Source: Eledone cirrhosa
Taxonomy: Eukaryota
Length of the DNA stretch: 64,000 bases
Reading direction: 5' to 3'
Assembly (NCBI GenBank): GCA_964016885.1
Contig: OZ024740.1
Location: 396,428,001 to 396,492,000, forward strand
Positions 1 through 12,845 of this stretch are shown here, piece after piece. A program made the translations under genes and the position numbers. Numbering within the stretch: the first letter of the stretch is position 1; the number at the start of each line of letters is the position of its first letter. The notes under the pieces were generated by a model that saw only the letters and a program-made list of their open reading frames with translations, had not been told where the DNA came from and searched no databases.

Positions 1-756
1 CCACACTCTTCTAACCTAGGAAAGCCTGGAACACCTCTAAATTGGACACCACCCACCAATCCTTTTAGACCTCTATGGGAAGTCAGACACTATTGCTGGA
101 CCCCAACTTCAACCCCACCTCCCCAGCACAACCATATACAATAAACATCCTAGAACTGTAATGAAATAGTGTTGGTGCTACTACAAAAGCATCTAGTTCA
201 CACTGTAAGGCAGCAGTGCTGGTGCTACTACAAAAAGCACTCAGTTCATTCTGTAAGGTGGTGGTGTTGGAATGATGATAAAATGCTCTTAGTATACTCA
301 TCATCATTTTACGTCCATTCTCCCACACTAAAGTGGTTAGTGTTAGGAAGGGCATCCAGCCATAGAAACCAAGCCAACACAAAGCACCTGAGCTTAATCA
401 CCTGACAAGTCTGACCTCAGCACGGGGCAGCCATCTAACCCATGCAAGCATGGAAAAATAGACATTAAACAGGGATGATAAACTCACACTGAAATATATT
501 ATAATGGTACCTCTACAAATCCATCAAGAGTTCAATGCCCATATAAGGATGGATGATGTTTGAATATTTTAGTGAGGCTCAATTTATGATGAGTAACATC
601 TCAAGTTACAGTTTACTGGAAATAAAGTGTCAATATTTAATTCATCAAGTTGCTTTATAAAAGGTAATTTCATTCAGCCATCAGTGGCTGACCACAATAA
701 AAAAATAGAGCAGTTATACAACTTGACAGAATTTTAAAATGACTGATGAATAGTGT

Positions 757-1720
757 GGTTTTTGCCCAAGACATAGCCGATCAAACATTCACATAGAAGC
801 AGGTCTTTGAAAATACTGAGAGTACTGCCAAGAGGTGTATTCTTGCTTTGTAGACCTCAAAAAGGCATCTTGTTGCCCTGATGTCTATACAAATGCCTGA
901 TTATTTGTGTTCAGATAATTGGTGCTAAAACAAAACCACTCAATGTGGGAGTTGGACTCCACCAAAAGTGCATACTGTCACCTCCTGTTCATTATCTTCA
1001 TGAACAGGATTGACATGCGCATCCAAGTTGGAAGTGGTATCATAACTGAAATTTGCAGAGGACATGGTATTAACTCGACAGAAGGTGATCTCCGACTTGC
1101 ACTTGATAAGTTTCTGTCGAGTGCTCTATGGCTAGAATGAAAAGGAAGCCTGCACAAAGCACTACATGTGAATGGAGTTCCACTGAAGCAGGTGGAGAAA
1201 TTCAAGTATCTCGGGGCCATGTTCACAAGTGATAGAAGGCATGAGGTGGAACTAAGTGCAAGAATTGCAGGAGTTGGTACAGTAATGCACCAGCTTCAGT
1301 AATTAGAAGACAAGGTATGTGTAAAAGCCAAACTTCAATTCGGTATTCATGTCTCCCCATACCTATGGTCCTGAATCTTGGGTAGTGACCGTAAGAATAC
1401 AAGTGGCCAAAATGGGATTCCTCCAAACAATCTTTGGAGTAACATTACTCAATAGAGTGCATAGCTCAGAGATCATAGCTCCAATATTACAGGTATATGG
1501 TTAGAATGTCTCAAGAAAGAATCACTGGACAGATTTTGCAGACAAAATCAACCAGCAGGAGACCAGGGGGTAGACCCCGAGTAAGATGGTTAGATAATAT
1601 CCATGAGCTAGGCTGATCTCACTTGGTGATCCAGCTGGAGATGGTTGCTTCTGACAGGACCTGCTGGAATTAGTGTTTGAGGACTGCCTCCATGAATAAG
1701 TGGGTGGAGAAGAAGAATAT
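757..1720 (+). mobile_element. Old degenerate RTE-type LINE, RT C-terminal half
   Basis: Broken frames give motifs resembling LLFIIFMNRID, LKQVEKFKYLGAMF, TYGPESWV and RPGGRPRVRWLDNI. Confidence 0.75.
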
Positions 1721-3469
1721 GAAATGATCAGACAATGATAATACTCCCGAAACTGTAAGCAAAAGAACTCAATATAGTAAACTAGGCATTCTTTTAGAAG
1801 AAGAATTTGACCATGTGGTGCTTAAAACAAATGACTATATGTAAAGGAGTAAAGGAAGGAAAGGGTTATAAATAAATTGAAGTGACAAATAAAATAGATA
1901 TAAAGAGGCTGATTGAAGACACTACACAATAGGTCAAAGTTTGAACCTGATATGATGATGACTTCAATTCATAATAGTAAGATAAAAGTATAGAAAATGA
2001 TAAAGGTATAGTACACATAATTAGATAATTTTATAAACTAAAGCAAATAAAGGTAGCTGTTCCAATATTACTGTGAGCCAAACTACCTATAGCTGAGGAA
2101 TATTTTCAACTAACAGGGTACTAATATTTTAAATATTCAACTAATGAGTTGGATAAAAATGTTTCAAGCTCAAGATTACTCAGCTCTAACCAATTAAGTA
2201 AAAAAAAAAAAAAGCTTTAGTAAGTCATTGTATTTATACTGTGATTTACACAGGTAATAGGTCTACTTTAAAATACATGCTAATACCTTACATCAGTTAT
2301 TTCCAATTGCAGAACCTATATCTATATTTTACAGAGAATCCTCTTCACTAATTTCAATAAGACAATTAAAATACACCTCATCTCACGGAATTATTTTTTG
2401 CAGAGCCTAATTTGTAATATACTGCTTCATATGTCTGTAAAAAGAAAATATTTTATTCATTTGAATAATTTTAGTTTTTCTTTTATAAAAACAATTGTTC
2501 CAGAAAACCTCCCGTCTAATTACCACCTTCAATGCAGTTATGTATTGTACAAACTGAAAGTAGTTTGTGCTGCCTTCAATATCTTTAGTTAAGGTCCGGA
2601 CTTTGTGATTTATCTGATATTCAATACTAAGTCTTATTTAAGGGAATAACTATAAAGAGCAGAGACCGTCAATTCAATAAAAATAGATATAATCTTCGAG
2701 AGGAAGCAGAAAGCCAGAACAATGTTTCAATAGGAGTGAAACAGTGAGTGAATCGAATTTTGCTGTAGATTAGAAATATGCCAAGTTTAATTTAATGTTA
2801 TTTTAATTACACACGAAATCTGTGTTAACGTCATTACACATACAATAGTTTAGAGATGGCTGTAAATGGTTACCAAACTGTAGTTTAAAGCACAGTACTT
2901 GGGACATTAATTCAAATTGGTTTCAAACTGTTGGAATGACAAAGGAAAAGAGAAATAATAGATGTCCTTGAGGATAATTTTGAATATAACACCGCTACGA
3001 GACATTGCCAAGATACAAAAATAAAATAAAAAGGAAATGCTAACGACGTTGATATACGTTTATGCCCAATGTAATGTTTGTTATATAAATAGCAAGATTA
3101 AAAAGCTCCTAGACATCGATGGCTAATTTGGCTCCAACTCAACTTGTCATATTTCCCTAGTTGTCCATCTATCTACATATTAGTCAATTTGAAAGCTGAA
3201 AATAAAAGTAATGACAGGGTTGCTGACGGAATGTGAGAAATGATAATTGATCAAGTGTAGTTACAACGTAGTAAATATATCTTAGCGAGTCCTTTCTTTA
3301 TAACAGTGCTGATATAGATCACGAAAGGAGAGAATGAAGCTTGAAGCACTGGCGACGACAACGACGTATAGACAGAGACAGCGTGATGTATTAAACAGAG
3401 GAGATTCGCAATGGATTATCAACAGACGCGCGCGCGTAAACACACATCACAAAGGATAAACATACTTAC

Positions 3470-3534
3470 TTCTAATGGTATCCCGTGTAAGTCTCCAACT
3501 ATATATGTAAGATGTTTGTCAGTTTGAATAAAAG
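3470..3534 (-). CDS. Second coding exon of the same gene (A-FIQTDKHLTYIVGDLHGIPLE)
   Basis: Acceptor ttacag| and donor GAA|gtaagt bound a 65-nt exon that is in frame with the phase-1 end of exon 1. AFIQTD after a hydrophobic leader recalls AFVQSE of vertebrate TMEM131 (from memory, not searched). No further exons were identified between 1 and 3469. Confidence 0.8.
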
Positions 3535-4325
3535 CTGTAAGGATGCGATATAGAAAGAGATAAAAAAAATTACATGAAGATGAAAAATATATAATAAATA
3601 GCAGTAATCATATTTATTAGCACAAATTCATTAAAATGTCGCTAAGAAGAACCATATCGTAAATATCAACCTTAGTGGTAAACAAGTCATATAGTAGTTC
3701 TATAGCCTCTACACGCTAGCATACAATGAACAATAAAAGACATACGCATAGAGTTACGCAGACTGGGGAAGATCAGATTTGCTTTGTTTACTAGAAATAA
3801 CATCAAATGTGTATACTCAGAGAGGGGGGGGGGGGGTGATTTTAATTAATCATCAATGTCATGTAATAGGAACTGAACACAATTATAGACAATTCAGTGA
3901 CGAGTCCAAGGAATTGAGCCAATCCAGAATGTACGCACACACAATCCCATGTCCGTGTGTGTATTTCATAATACAATGTGTGTGTGTGTGTGTGTGCGTG
4001 TTTATATATACATATATATATAAACACATACAAACACATGTATGTCGAAAGCAATATAAATATGTAATTGTAGGTAAATACGACAGAATGGGCATCAGAG
4101 TTTGTTTATTATGTACGTGCGTATATATACACACAAGAACACTTAACGACATGAGCGTTGAAGAGAAATAAAATCAATTTAGACTTAAAAGTGAACTAGA
4201 GAGACAATAGAAGTAAACAGAATATGTTTGAAAGCAGATACTTTGGTGGTCTAGTGAGAAATTATGGAAAGTAGACATATGTACTGTTGCAGAAATTGTC
4301 GACAGAAAACAGCTGAGGAAGACAT

Positions 4326-4361
<36 letters not shown>

Positions 4362-4875
4362 CACATATATAGATACATAATGCCGACACATACAGAACAG
4401 ATATCAACTGTAATCAAATATATTCTTTATTACTCAATAAAAACAACAAAAAATATATATTTTACTGCCACTAAACATGTTCGTAAGTTCTAATGATATT
4501 TTAAATTTATTTTACTAACCCTAATAATAAACGCAATACGTTATATTGTCGACAAAAGTTACGAACTAGCTGATATATCACTGGCCATGTTGTCATAATG
4601 CAAAATAGCAATTGTCAAACAGGAGAAAAAAACTGTTCACACTGACAATTATATTTTGCTGAAATTTACAGATTATTATGAACAGGAAAAAGTCTTAGTT
4701 TTTGTCTGATGCAGTAACTGTAAATAATGCAGGATATAAGATGTATGCAAGGTGTAAATAAAGAATTCAGAAGCGTATTTTATAAAATGTGGTAAGTACG
4801 TGCTGAAGCGAAAATCTCTCAAAACATAAGACGAAACCATTGAAATAACGACCTTTTAAAGGATGATATACTCAC

Positions 4876-5053
4876 CTTGACTGTGGCTCTCTACTGCCGC
4901 TACATGGGTGTAATAGTGTTGAAAATAATGGAAAAGAAAGATTATGTGAAACAAGTCCAAAGCCATCTTGTCTTTGTTGCGCTGTGGTCGCTGTTGTGTG
5001 CTGCTTTCAGTCCCCGCCACCACCACTACTTTCCGACTTGACGCTGCCGCCAT
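4876..5053 (-). CDS. First coding exon of a host gene; signal-peptide-bearing protein resembling the TMEM131 N-terminus (tentative)
   Basis: ATG at 5053 (aacaagtATGGCGG) opens MAAASSRKVVVVAG...MALDLFHIIFLFHYFQHYYTHVAAVESHSQ. The exon ends at a canonical donor CAAG|gtgagt (phase 1). An alternative in-frame ATG is at 4966. The surroundings are CpG-rich. Confidence 0.8.
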
Positions 5054-5620
5054 ACTTGTTTCTTTGCCACGGTCGCAAGCTGGACATTGTAATAATTCGA
5101 AACTATTCAAATAAATGTTTGGTTTTTACATAGAATTATTTCTTTAAAAAAAATAAAAAGACAATGAAACTTTTGTTTCACTTTTCGAAATTGACTTTCC
5201 TATCTATTTAGATATTCGAAACAAAGTCGAAGTGTAGCTCAACATTACTACGGACCAGGCCAACAATATTAGTATTAACTCTTATTCTAAACATTCATAA
5301 ACCATTTACACTGTATATTCTACTAACGTGAAAAACAATTAAGTCTCAAATTTAATATACCGACTGTTTTTTTTCTCTCTTTTTATTTCTAACCGTTAAA
5401 AGCTACCACGTTCTTGAATACTTACGAATAAACATTCAGTGTTTAGAAGTCGGAATGAGTCTACTGTAAATGTAGGTAAAGAAGGAACTCGCCAACTGTA
5501 CACCCCTGTTGTATCGGCCTGTTCCATTAGTCGTTAACTGTAAACATATGTAATTAGATTTCGTTACACATGTTCACACCTAGCACTCAGCGCCATTGAC
5601 AAATAAAACGCAGTATCACA
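5054..5620. promoter_or_regulatory. Probable promoter/5'UTR region of the minus-strand gene
   Basis: Lies directly upstream of the start codon, is free of recognisable repeats and is visibly richer in CpG than the flanking DNA. Confidence 0.45.
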
Positions 5621-5912
5621 GTAGCCAATTATACATGTATTCTTACTACTGATTACAGTGTATTTTATTTTAACTACCAGACCATTAAAGATATATGTTG
5701 AAAAGCCTTATCCCCTTATATATATAACAGAATGTTGGTTCTAGTTTCTTATTAAAATCGTTTGGTTTTCACCCATGTATAGCATATATTCAGAAATGTT
5801 TAGTTGTTAACAGTAAACAATTATGATAAATTTATTGTATATTTTTTTCATTTAACGTTGAGGTATTAGATACAATAATACATACACATTTGGCAAATTT
5901 ATAGAGCTCCCC

Positions 5913-6372
5913 TATCGATTTCAGTGGGAAATGATTATTTTTCCATTTCTCCCCCATGTGCTATCAATTAAACTTACCTCCAAATATGTTGTAAATGACT
6001 TTTTATCCCCGGAAAATGTAGTGGGGACCCTCAGATATTTCACGTCTCTTCCTTGGAGTTTCGCAGATCTACATCCCTCTCGCGTTTGATGGTAATTCTT
6101 TTTTTCATAGCTTTTTTTTTTGTGTGTGTGTTATCAACGTGTTATCTGACCTCCAAACACGCTAACCCTAACACTAACCCCAACCCCCAATCTTAACTAA
6201 AAAAACGAATAATATTATACACAAAAAATTCGAAAAAATGGTAAAGAAAATTTCGGGGTGGGGATGAAAAATCCGAGGACTCACCCCTGTTTTCTAGTGA
6301 AAAAAGTCCTTTGCAGCATATTGATAACATGGAAAAAAATCAGGAAAAATAATAATTTCCCACTGAAATCGA
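5913..6372. mobile_element. MITE-like element with ~31-bp inverted repeats and internal (taaccc)-like motifs
   Basis: atcgatttcagtgggaaatgattatttttcc (5913-5944) matches the reverse complement of ggaaaaataataatttcccactgaaatcgat (6342-6372). ctaaccctaacactaacccc occurs at ~6162. Confidence 0.6.
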
Positions 6373-6882
6373 TGGTGGTGTTCGATAATAATACCCACGT
6401 TTCCAGAGAAAGAGAAAGTGGCTTGTTTCAAGGGCATTTGCTGGAATCGAAACTAATATTAAGCACTCAGCATATTTCAACTAATCCACAACACAAGCCC
6501 TGGAACACGTGTGTGTTTGTAATGCATTATGTTTTTTCACTCCACGTGTTTCATGCTGGAATAAACTTTACACCAGCGTGAAACAATTGCATTGAAAAGA
6601 ATAAGGTACTAACCCTTCATCCCAGCTATATATATATATATATGATGAAAATGTTACTTTTGTGTAGTCACCCATCTATATATATAAATAGCAGGGTGGA
6701 TACCTAAAAGTAACATTTTCATCATTTAACATCCGTTTTCCTTTCTAACAAGGGTTGAACTGGTCGTCACAAACCAAAATACTACTTACTCTGAGTTAGG
6801 ACTTCAAATTCGTTTGATATTAATTTTTTTTCGTCGATGTATCACGTATCCTAAATAAAGGCAATATATTTGATAAAATATT

Positions 6883-7068
6883 AGGCGGTGGATTGGCAGT
6901 ATCGGTAGAGGGTCGGACGCCATGCTTTCCAGAATATTTACGTCCCTTTTACGATCTGAGTTCAAATCCCGCCGAGGTTGACTTTGCCTTTCATCCTTAC
7001 GGGGTCGATAAAATAAAGTACCAGTAATGAACTGCGTTATTGCTGGCCTTGTGCCTAAAGTAGAAACA
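6883..7068 (+). mobile_element. tRNA-derived SINE family A (Nin/Deu-like central domain) with a 20-bp target-site duplication
   Basis: A-box tggcagtatcggtag, B-box gttcaaatcc and core gactttgcctttcatccttacggggtcgataaaataaagtaccag. TSD aatatatttgataaaatatt at 6863-6882 and 7069-7088. Confidence 0.9.
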
Positions 7069-9801
7069 AATATATTTGATAAAATATTTTTAAAAATTTA
7101 CTCTTCAAGACTACAATTAGATTAGAATATGATGGAAATTCAACCTCATTCTTCAATCTTGATTTGTATTTAGAAAAATGTTTTCTAATAAAAAAAAAAA
7201 TGTATATTTTCCATAGTACATAGCCACTTGAAATTTAACACGTACCTTTAGGTAGAGAAACAGGATATTACGATGGAATTAGCACTTTGCTATGTTCCAG
7301 TATCCTTTACCGTGCTTATGAATAGATATTTGTATTGTGAATGAGGAAAGACTTTTACAGAGTTAAAAAGTTTTACTGACTACATATAAAGGTATGTTAA
7401 CAAGTTGAAGAGCTATCAATGTTAGGATCTTTTGACATAAATTGAAATCCTTGATATTGTCTGAATTAAGATTAATTTAGGTCATTCTATTTTGATCAAG
7501 CATGGGTTTTTGCTATTTTTTTAGAATGTTCCAGACATGTTTGTCGTGTAAATTGTATGCAATGAAGAACTAACTGGAATCGAAGATAATAATGATATTT
7601 AACCCCAGGTCAACTCTGATTAAGTAAACCTTGATAAAAGGTTTGTGATCATCGTGTCTTTTTGTATATTATTGACCAATGTGGCATTATTTATGTGAGT
7701 TGTTGCACATCCAATAATATTTTCTTGCAGGAAAAGGCAGTTTTCCCCCCTCCACTCCATTTGTCCAACTCCTTCCAGCAAGGTAAGGCAGCCCCACCTT
7801 CATCCATGCCAACATATGTCTATAGATGCTCCCTCCCCATCCAACCCATACCAACATGGAAAACTGGACATACCTCATCTTGTACCCTGGTAAAATGCTT
7901 AGAGTTCTAAAAGACATCTGACCAGAGAGGCCATACCAAAACAAAAACAGAATGTTTGAACTAGACATGGTCTCCTGTCTGGACTAGTCACAGAATATGA
8001 GGACCCATTTGGCTCAGGTGGCCATGGGAAATAGATATTTAACGATGATGAGAATCTACTTCATTCTACGACTTCCACACACCTGATACACCTCTGCTGT
8101 TCAACCCATGCATGCTTGGAAAGCTGAACATGATCCACACTTGCTCTTCCACAGTACTAATGCCACAACAAAAATCATCCAGTCTACCTTGTGAGGTTAT
8201 TGTACTGGTACCACTACAAAAAGGCACCCAGTCCACCTTGTAAACTAATAGTGGTGGTGCCAGGCAGAAGCTCCAAGTACACACTTTAATGTGGTTGACA
8301 TTAGGAAGGGCATGCAGCTGTATAAACGAAACCATAACCAGACCCCTATGAGTATGATGTGACAACCCACCTAATCCATGCAAGCATGGAAAATAGACAT
8401 TAAATGGAGGTGATGATGATGATAATGATGACTCAACCCATTCTTCTCTAATGATTGCTACAGATTCTTTGCTGTTCATATTTCACTACCATACAAAATC
8501 ACACTTGCTTTTTTATAAATGCTTTATAGTATGCAGCGAAACATTCGTTTATGGTTGTTTAGCCCCAAGATATCTCTAATTGAGGAGCATTCCTATGATC
8601 AAAGCGTTCAAGCTAGGACCATGAATTTTTTTCAGGCATAATTAATACTTCATTAACCAATGTAGTCATTTCAAGCCCATTGTCATGTGTTGCTTAGGAG
8701 ATAGAGGTGCAGGGGAGGGTGTCTTCAGAACATTCTGGGTAGGTACTTAGAACATTTTTGGCTAGGTATAACTTAATGATTGTCCTCATAGAGGAATTTA
8801 TTGAAGAGTGGAATGATCATCAAGAGTTTTCATTTCTTTATCCTTCAAAAACTAAAATGTCCATCAGAAATGCCAATGATCTGGTTTCAAATGTAGAAAT
8901 TCTAGAGAACAAAATATATTTGAAAGACTGATTGGATGGGCATAGAATTCGTCGCAATTTTCAATTGTTAATTTTATGCATATTGCTTCTACTTTCGTTG
9001 TCGGTCTGGTTTTGCTTGTAAACAATAACTATTTTTGCATTTGGTTTTTGCAGAATTATTGATTATGGACAATTTTGAGATTGACAGAATATGTCATGAA
9101 GACAAACTGACCCAAGTTTGGAGAATATATCTAAAATAAATAAAAGCACTTTTTTTCCCCAGACAGTAATGTTGCAAACAAATATCGTCAACATCCTGTA
9201 TATTGAATCTGAATTGATTAATGAAGAATTTGGAGGAATTTATTATATCTATTAATTATTTCATTATTAAGATGGTATTTGTAACTTAACTGAAAAGGTT
9301 TTTATAACAAATAATGTCGAAAGATTTTAATTTATATAAGAACTTTTCAAAATGGGTAATTTTGCTTTGTTGGACCAAAAGCAGGGTGTTTTAGAATACT
9401 TGATTATATTTCACACACACTCATGCATAGGCACAGATGTGCATGCGTGCACACACACACAACTGTCCATTTTTTGTTTTGTTTTTTATTGTCTTTGACC
9501 TGTGTACTCCTCTGCTTTCTGTATTTATCATTGTTGTGGTATATGTATGGCCACTGCCTTTGGTCGTTTTTCTTGGTGTCACACTTTTTAATGATTGTGT
9601 TTACTCTGGATGATAATGTATTAACTTCTCTCTCCATTGAGTGCTTTGTGATTGCCTCAAACAACTCAAATAGTATCTGCTATATGGCAGTTACAACTTC
9701 GATCTATATCCAATATATATATATATAAATATATATATATTAGAAAGTGAGGTTTTTTTTACAAAATGAAAAATAACCGAGGTGTCCTACACGAGTGAAA
9801 G

Positions 9802-10097
9802 TATAAAGAAAAAAAGATGAAATCGAAAATGCAACTGGAGTCTTATTTAAAAAAATATATATATATTTATTTGGTTCCTTTACCGGTTTCGCAGTTCTGC
9901 TTTTCAAAAGTAGAGTTGAGATGGAGGGTCTGGTTTTTCTCACATCAGATGTGAGAAAAACCACAGACCCTCCATCTCAACTCTACTTTTGAAAAGCAGA
10001 AGAACTGCGAAACCGGTAAAGGAACCAAATAAATATATATATATTTTTTTAAATAAGACTCCAGTTGCATTTTCGATTTCATCTTTTTTTCTTTATA
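9802..10097. repeat. ~295-bp near-perfect palindrome between (TA)n tracts
   Basis: Centre cacatc-a-gatgtg at 9947. The arms differ only by a 2-nt and a 3-nt indel. Confidence 0.95.
9986..10022 (+). ncRNA. Minimal type-I hammerhead-like motif, U3-A8 core variant (mirror copy on the other arm)
   Basis: ctt-TTGAAAA-gcag aagaa ctgc-GAAA-ccgg-TA-aag: short stem I, stem II GCAG/CUGC, palindromic stem III ACCGGU and a GUA site. Confidence 0.6.
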
Positions 10098-10775
10098 TAT
10101 ATATATATATATGATTAGCAATTTGTTGAGATGTTTCAATTAAAAAAAAAAAGAAAAGAGAACTGATATTTAGTAGATCATGAGAGTTATGTGCAGCATA
10201 ATTTTAATGCTGATGTAAACTTGTCTGCAAGCAGCCGCACTTCTTTTGGCATTCATGTTCTTAAAATCCAATGTCATGTTCACTGATATAAATTCTTAAA
10301 TTTCTAATAATGGTTTCTAATTTAGACACAAGCCCAGCAATTTTAGAGAGGAGAAAGGCCATTAAACCAACACCAATACTTGAATAGTACTTTATTTTAT
10401 CAACTTCAGAAGGAAGAAGGGCAAAGTTCACCTCAAGATTTGAACTCACAAATGAAAGAGCTGTAACTAAATACTGCAAAGCATTTGTCCAATCCACCAT
10501 CATCATTTAATGTCCATTTTAACTGCTAGTAATGGTTGAATGAGTCTTCACAGATTGAGTCAGAACTTAAGCAAGTCTACTGACCTTCAAGACAGACCGG
10601 GGATCCACATCTTGCTTACATACAGTCCCAAACTCTACCGAGTCCATTTTATCCGGATACTGGCACTAGAGAGGTCGTCATGTCTTTGACACAACTAAGG
10701 GGTGCTTCCAGCTCTTTGTTTCTTAAATTTATAATAATAATAACTACATGCTCTAACCACTAAGCCATGTGCCAT

Positions 10776-11437
10776 GGAGGCACATGGCTTAGTGGTTAGA
10801 GCATTGGCCTTGCAATCGAAAGGTTGTGCGTTCAATTCTCAGACCGGGTGATGTGTTGTTTCCTTGAGCAAGACACTTTATTTCACGTTGCTCCAGTTTA
10901 CTCAGCTGTAGAAATGAGATTATAGGGTACAAGCTGAAGCATATAGACAATATGCTCCCACACCCCCCACTGCAAGGTGGTCGTGGAGGTGCCACGGCAA
11001 AAAAGCACCTAGCCCACACTGTAAAGTGGACGTGTAGGCGCCACGAAAAAGCACCCAGCACTCACTGTAAATGAGGTTGGTGTTAGGAAGGGCATCCAGC
11101 TGTAGAAGTCAAGCCAAATCAGTTCCTGTATGAGCAAGGCATGGTCAGCCGACCAGACACTGCCCACAACAGGACAACTCGTCTAACCCATGCTAGCGTG
11201 GAAGAACGGACGTAAAACGGTGATGATGATGATGATGAGGGACTGGGATCCCTATCATTCCACTGTAAAGTGGTCGTGGAGGTGCCACAGCAAAAAAGCA
11301 CCCAGCACTCACTGTAAATGAGGTTGGTGTTAGGAAGGGCATCCAGCTGTAGAAATCAAGCCAGAATCAGTTCCCGTCCCACCCTTGCAAGTAGGGAAAA
11401 GTAGACGTAAAATGAAATGATGAATGATGATGATGAC
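10776..11437 (+). mobile_element. SINE family B (tRNA head, V/Meta-like domain, RTE-derived tail) with an RTE 3' end nested in it at ~10925-11238
   Basis: The head ggaggcacatggcttagtggttagagc...cttgagcaagacacttt matches the uninterrupted copy at 17088. The insert matches the RTE 3'UTR at 49855-50170 and ends in (GAT)n. Confidence 0.85.
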
Positions 11438-11444
11438 ATATAGA

Positions 11445-12845
11445 AATTCTTTCAAGACAACTATAGATCTCCCTGGCCTCAGGTCTTGCATCAGGTTGCC
11501 TGTGAACCTTCATAATACTGTGGAGATCATAGTTAACTGGTTCTCTTTGAATATAGCTGCGATTGGGGCTACTGAGACCAGATTTGCTCAAGCAAATCTT
11601 TCCACACTGAGGGGACACAAATTCTATGGAAACACCGATCGTTTCGAGAGATACACCAGGGCATTGCTTACACACATCCCATTTGATCTTCTTGTGCTCT
11701 GCATCTGTCCTCCAAATTATGGACCCTATCATTCACCATTCCACGCCAAGAGCTATCTCCCAGTCAGCCACCATCAAACCAGTTTTTTTTCAATGAATCC
11801 TTTACACAATCTTTGAATCAGAGCTTTGGTTTGTGAGGTGGTCTCTAACCTTTACAAAGCTCGCCATACAAAAGTTGTTTCGGGATTCAATCATCCTCGA
11901 TTCTGAAGAGGTGTCCAGTCCATCTCAAACGTCATTGGTGGATGATACTTTCAATACTCTGACACTCACTTCTTTCAAGGACCTCAACATCACTCACATG
12001 CATCTGCCACTTGATACCGAACATCTTTCTGAGACACTGCTTTTGAAATCATTCCAGTCTTTTGATATGCCATTTGTAGACAACCCATGTCTCACATGCA
12101 TACAACAATGCTGACAGTATACATGCAGCATACACTTTCACCTTGGTCTTTATTATGATTCCTTGCCTGCACTAAAGACGGTCACTGAGACTTCCAACAT
12201 TGCTGTTGAGATACTTCCTGAGTCCCAATGTGGCTTTAGGAATGGCAGAGGCACTGTTCACATGGTCTTCTCGGCCAAACAACTTCAAGAAAAATGCATT
12301 GAGCAGTGCATGGACTTATACCAAGTTTTTGTCGATCTGACCAAGGCATTTGACACTATAAATCAGAAGGCTTTGTGGGTTATTTTGGAGAGATTGGGCT
12401 GTCCTGAAAAGTTTGTGAACATACTCAAGCTCTTCCACGATGACATGCAGGCATAGGTAAACATCAGAGGTAAACTGTCTGAGCCAATCTCGGTTGAAAA
12501 TGATGTCAAGCAAGGTGATATACCAACTTTGTTTGCCTTGTATTTCACAATGGTGTTCTTCATGGCCTTCAAGGATTGTCAACACAGTATCTATCTCAGA
12601 TATCTCACTTCCAGCAAGCTGTTTGACCTTAGCTGTCTCACTGCTAACGCTAAGGTACTGAGTACCTTGATCAAAGAATTTCTGTATGCAGATGATTGTG
12701 ATCTCTTTGCACACTCCCAGAGTGACATGCAACACCTTATGGATTCTTTTTCCAATGCGTGAAGTGCTTTGAGACTGACAATCAGTCTGAAGAAAATTGT
12801 TGTCATGTACCAACCTGCTCTGGATAGAGTTTTCAATGAATCCTC
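11445..12845 (-). mobile_element. RTE (BovB-like) LINE copy with an inverted 5' part
   Basis: The + strand at 12180-12845 encodes the RT core (ILPESQCGFR, QLQEKC, FVDLTKAFD, LYADD, LTISLKK). The - strand at ~12160-11445 encodes the downstream C-terminal part (LLYACET, HIKRLE, IPKQLLYGEL). Confidence 0.8.

Noticed and set aside
6160-6200. Interstitial telomere
   Set aside because: Only 2-3 degenerate taaccc units, inside a MITE-like element.
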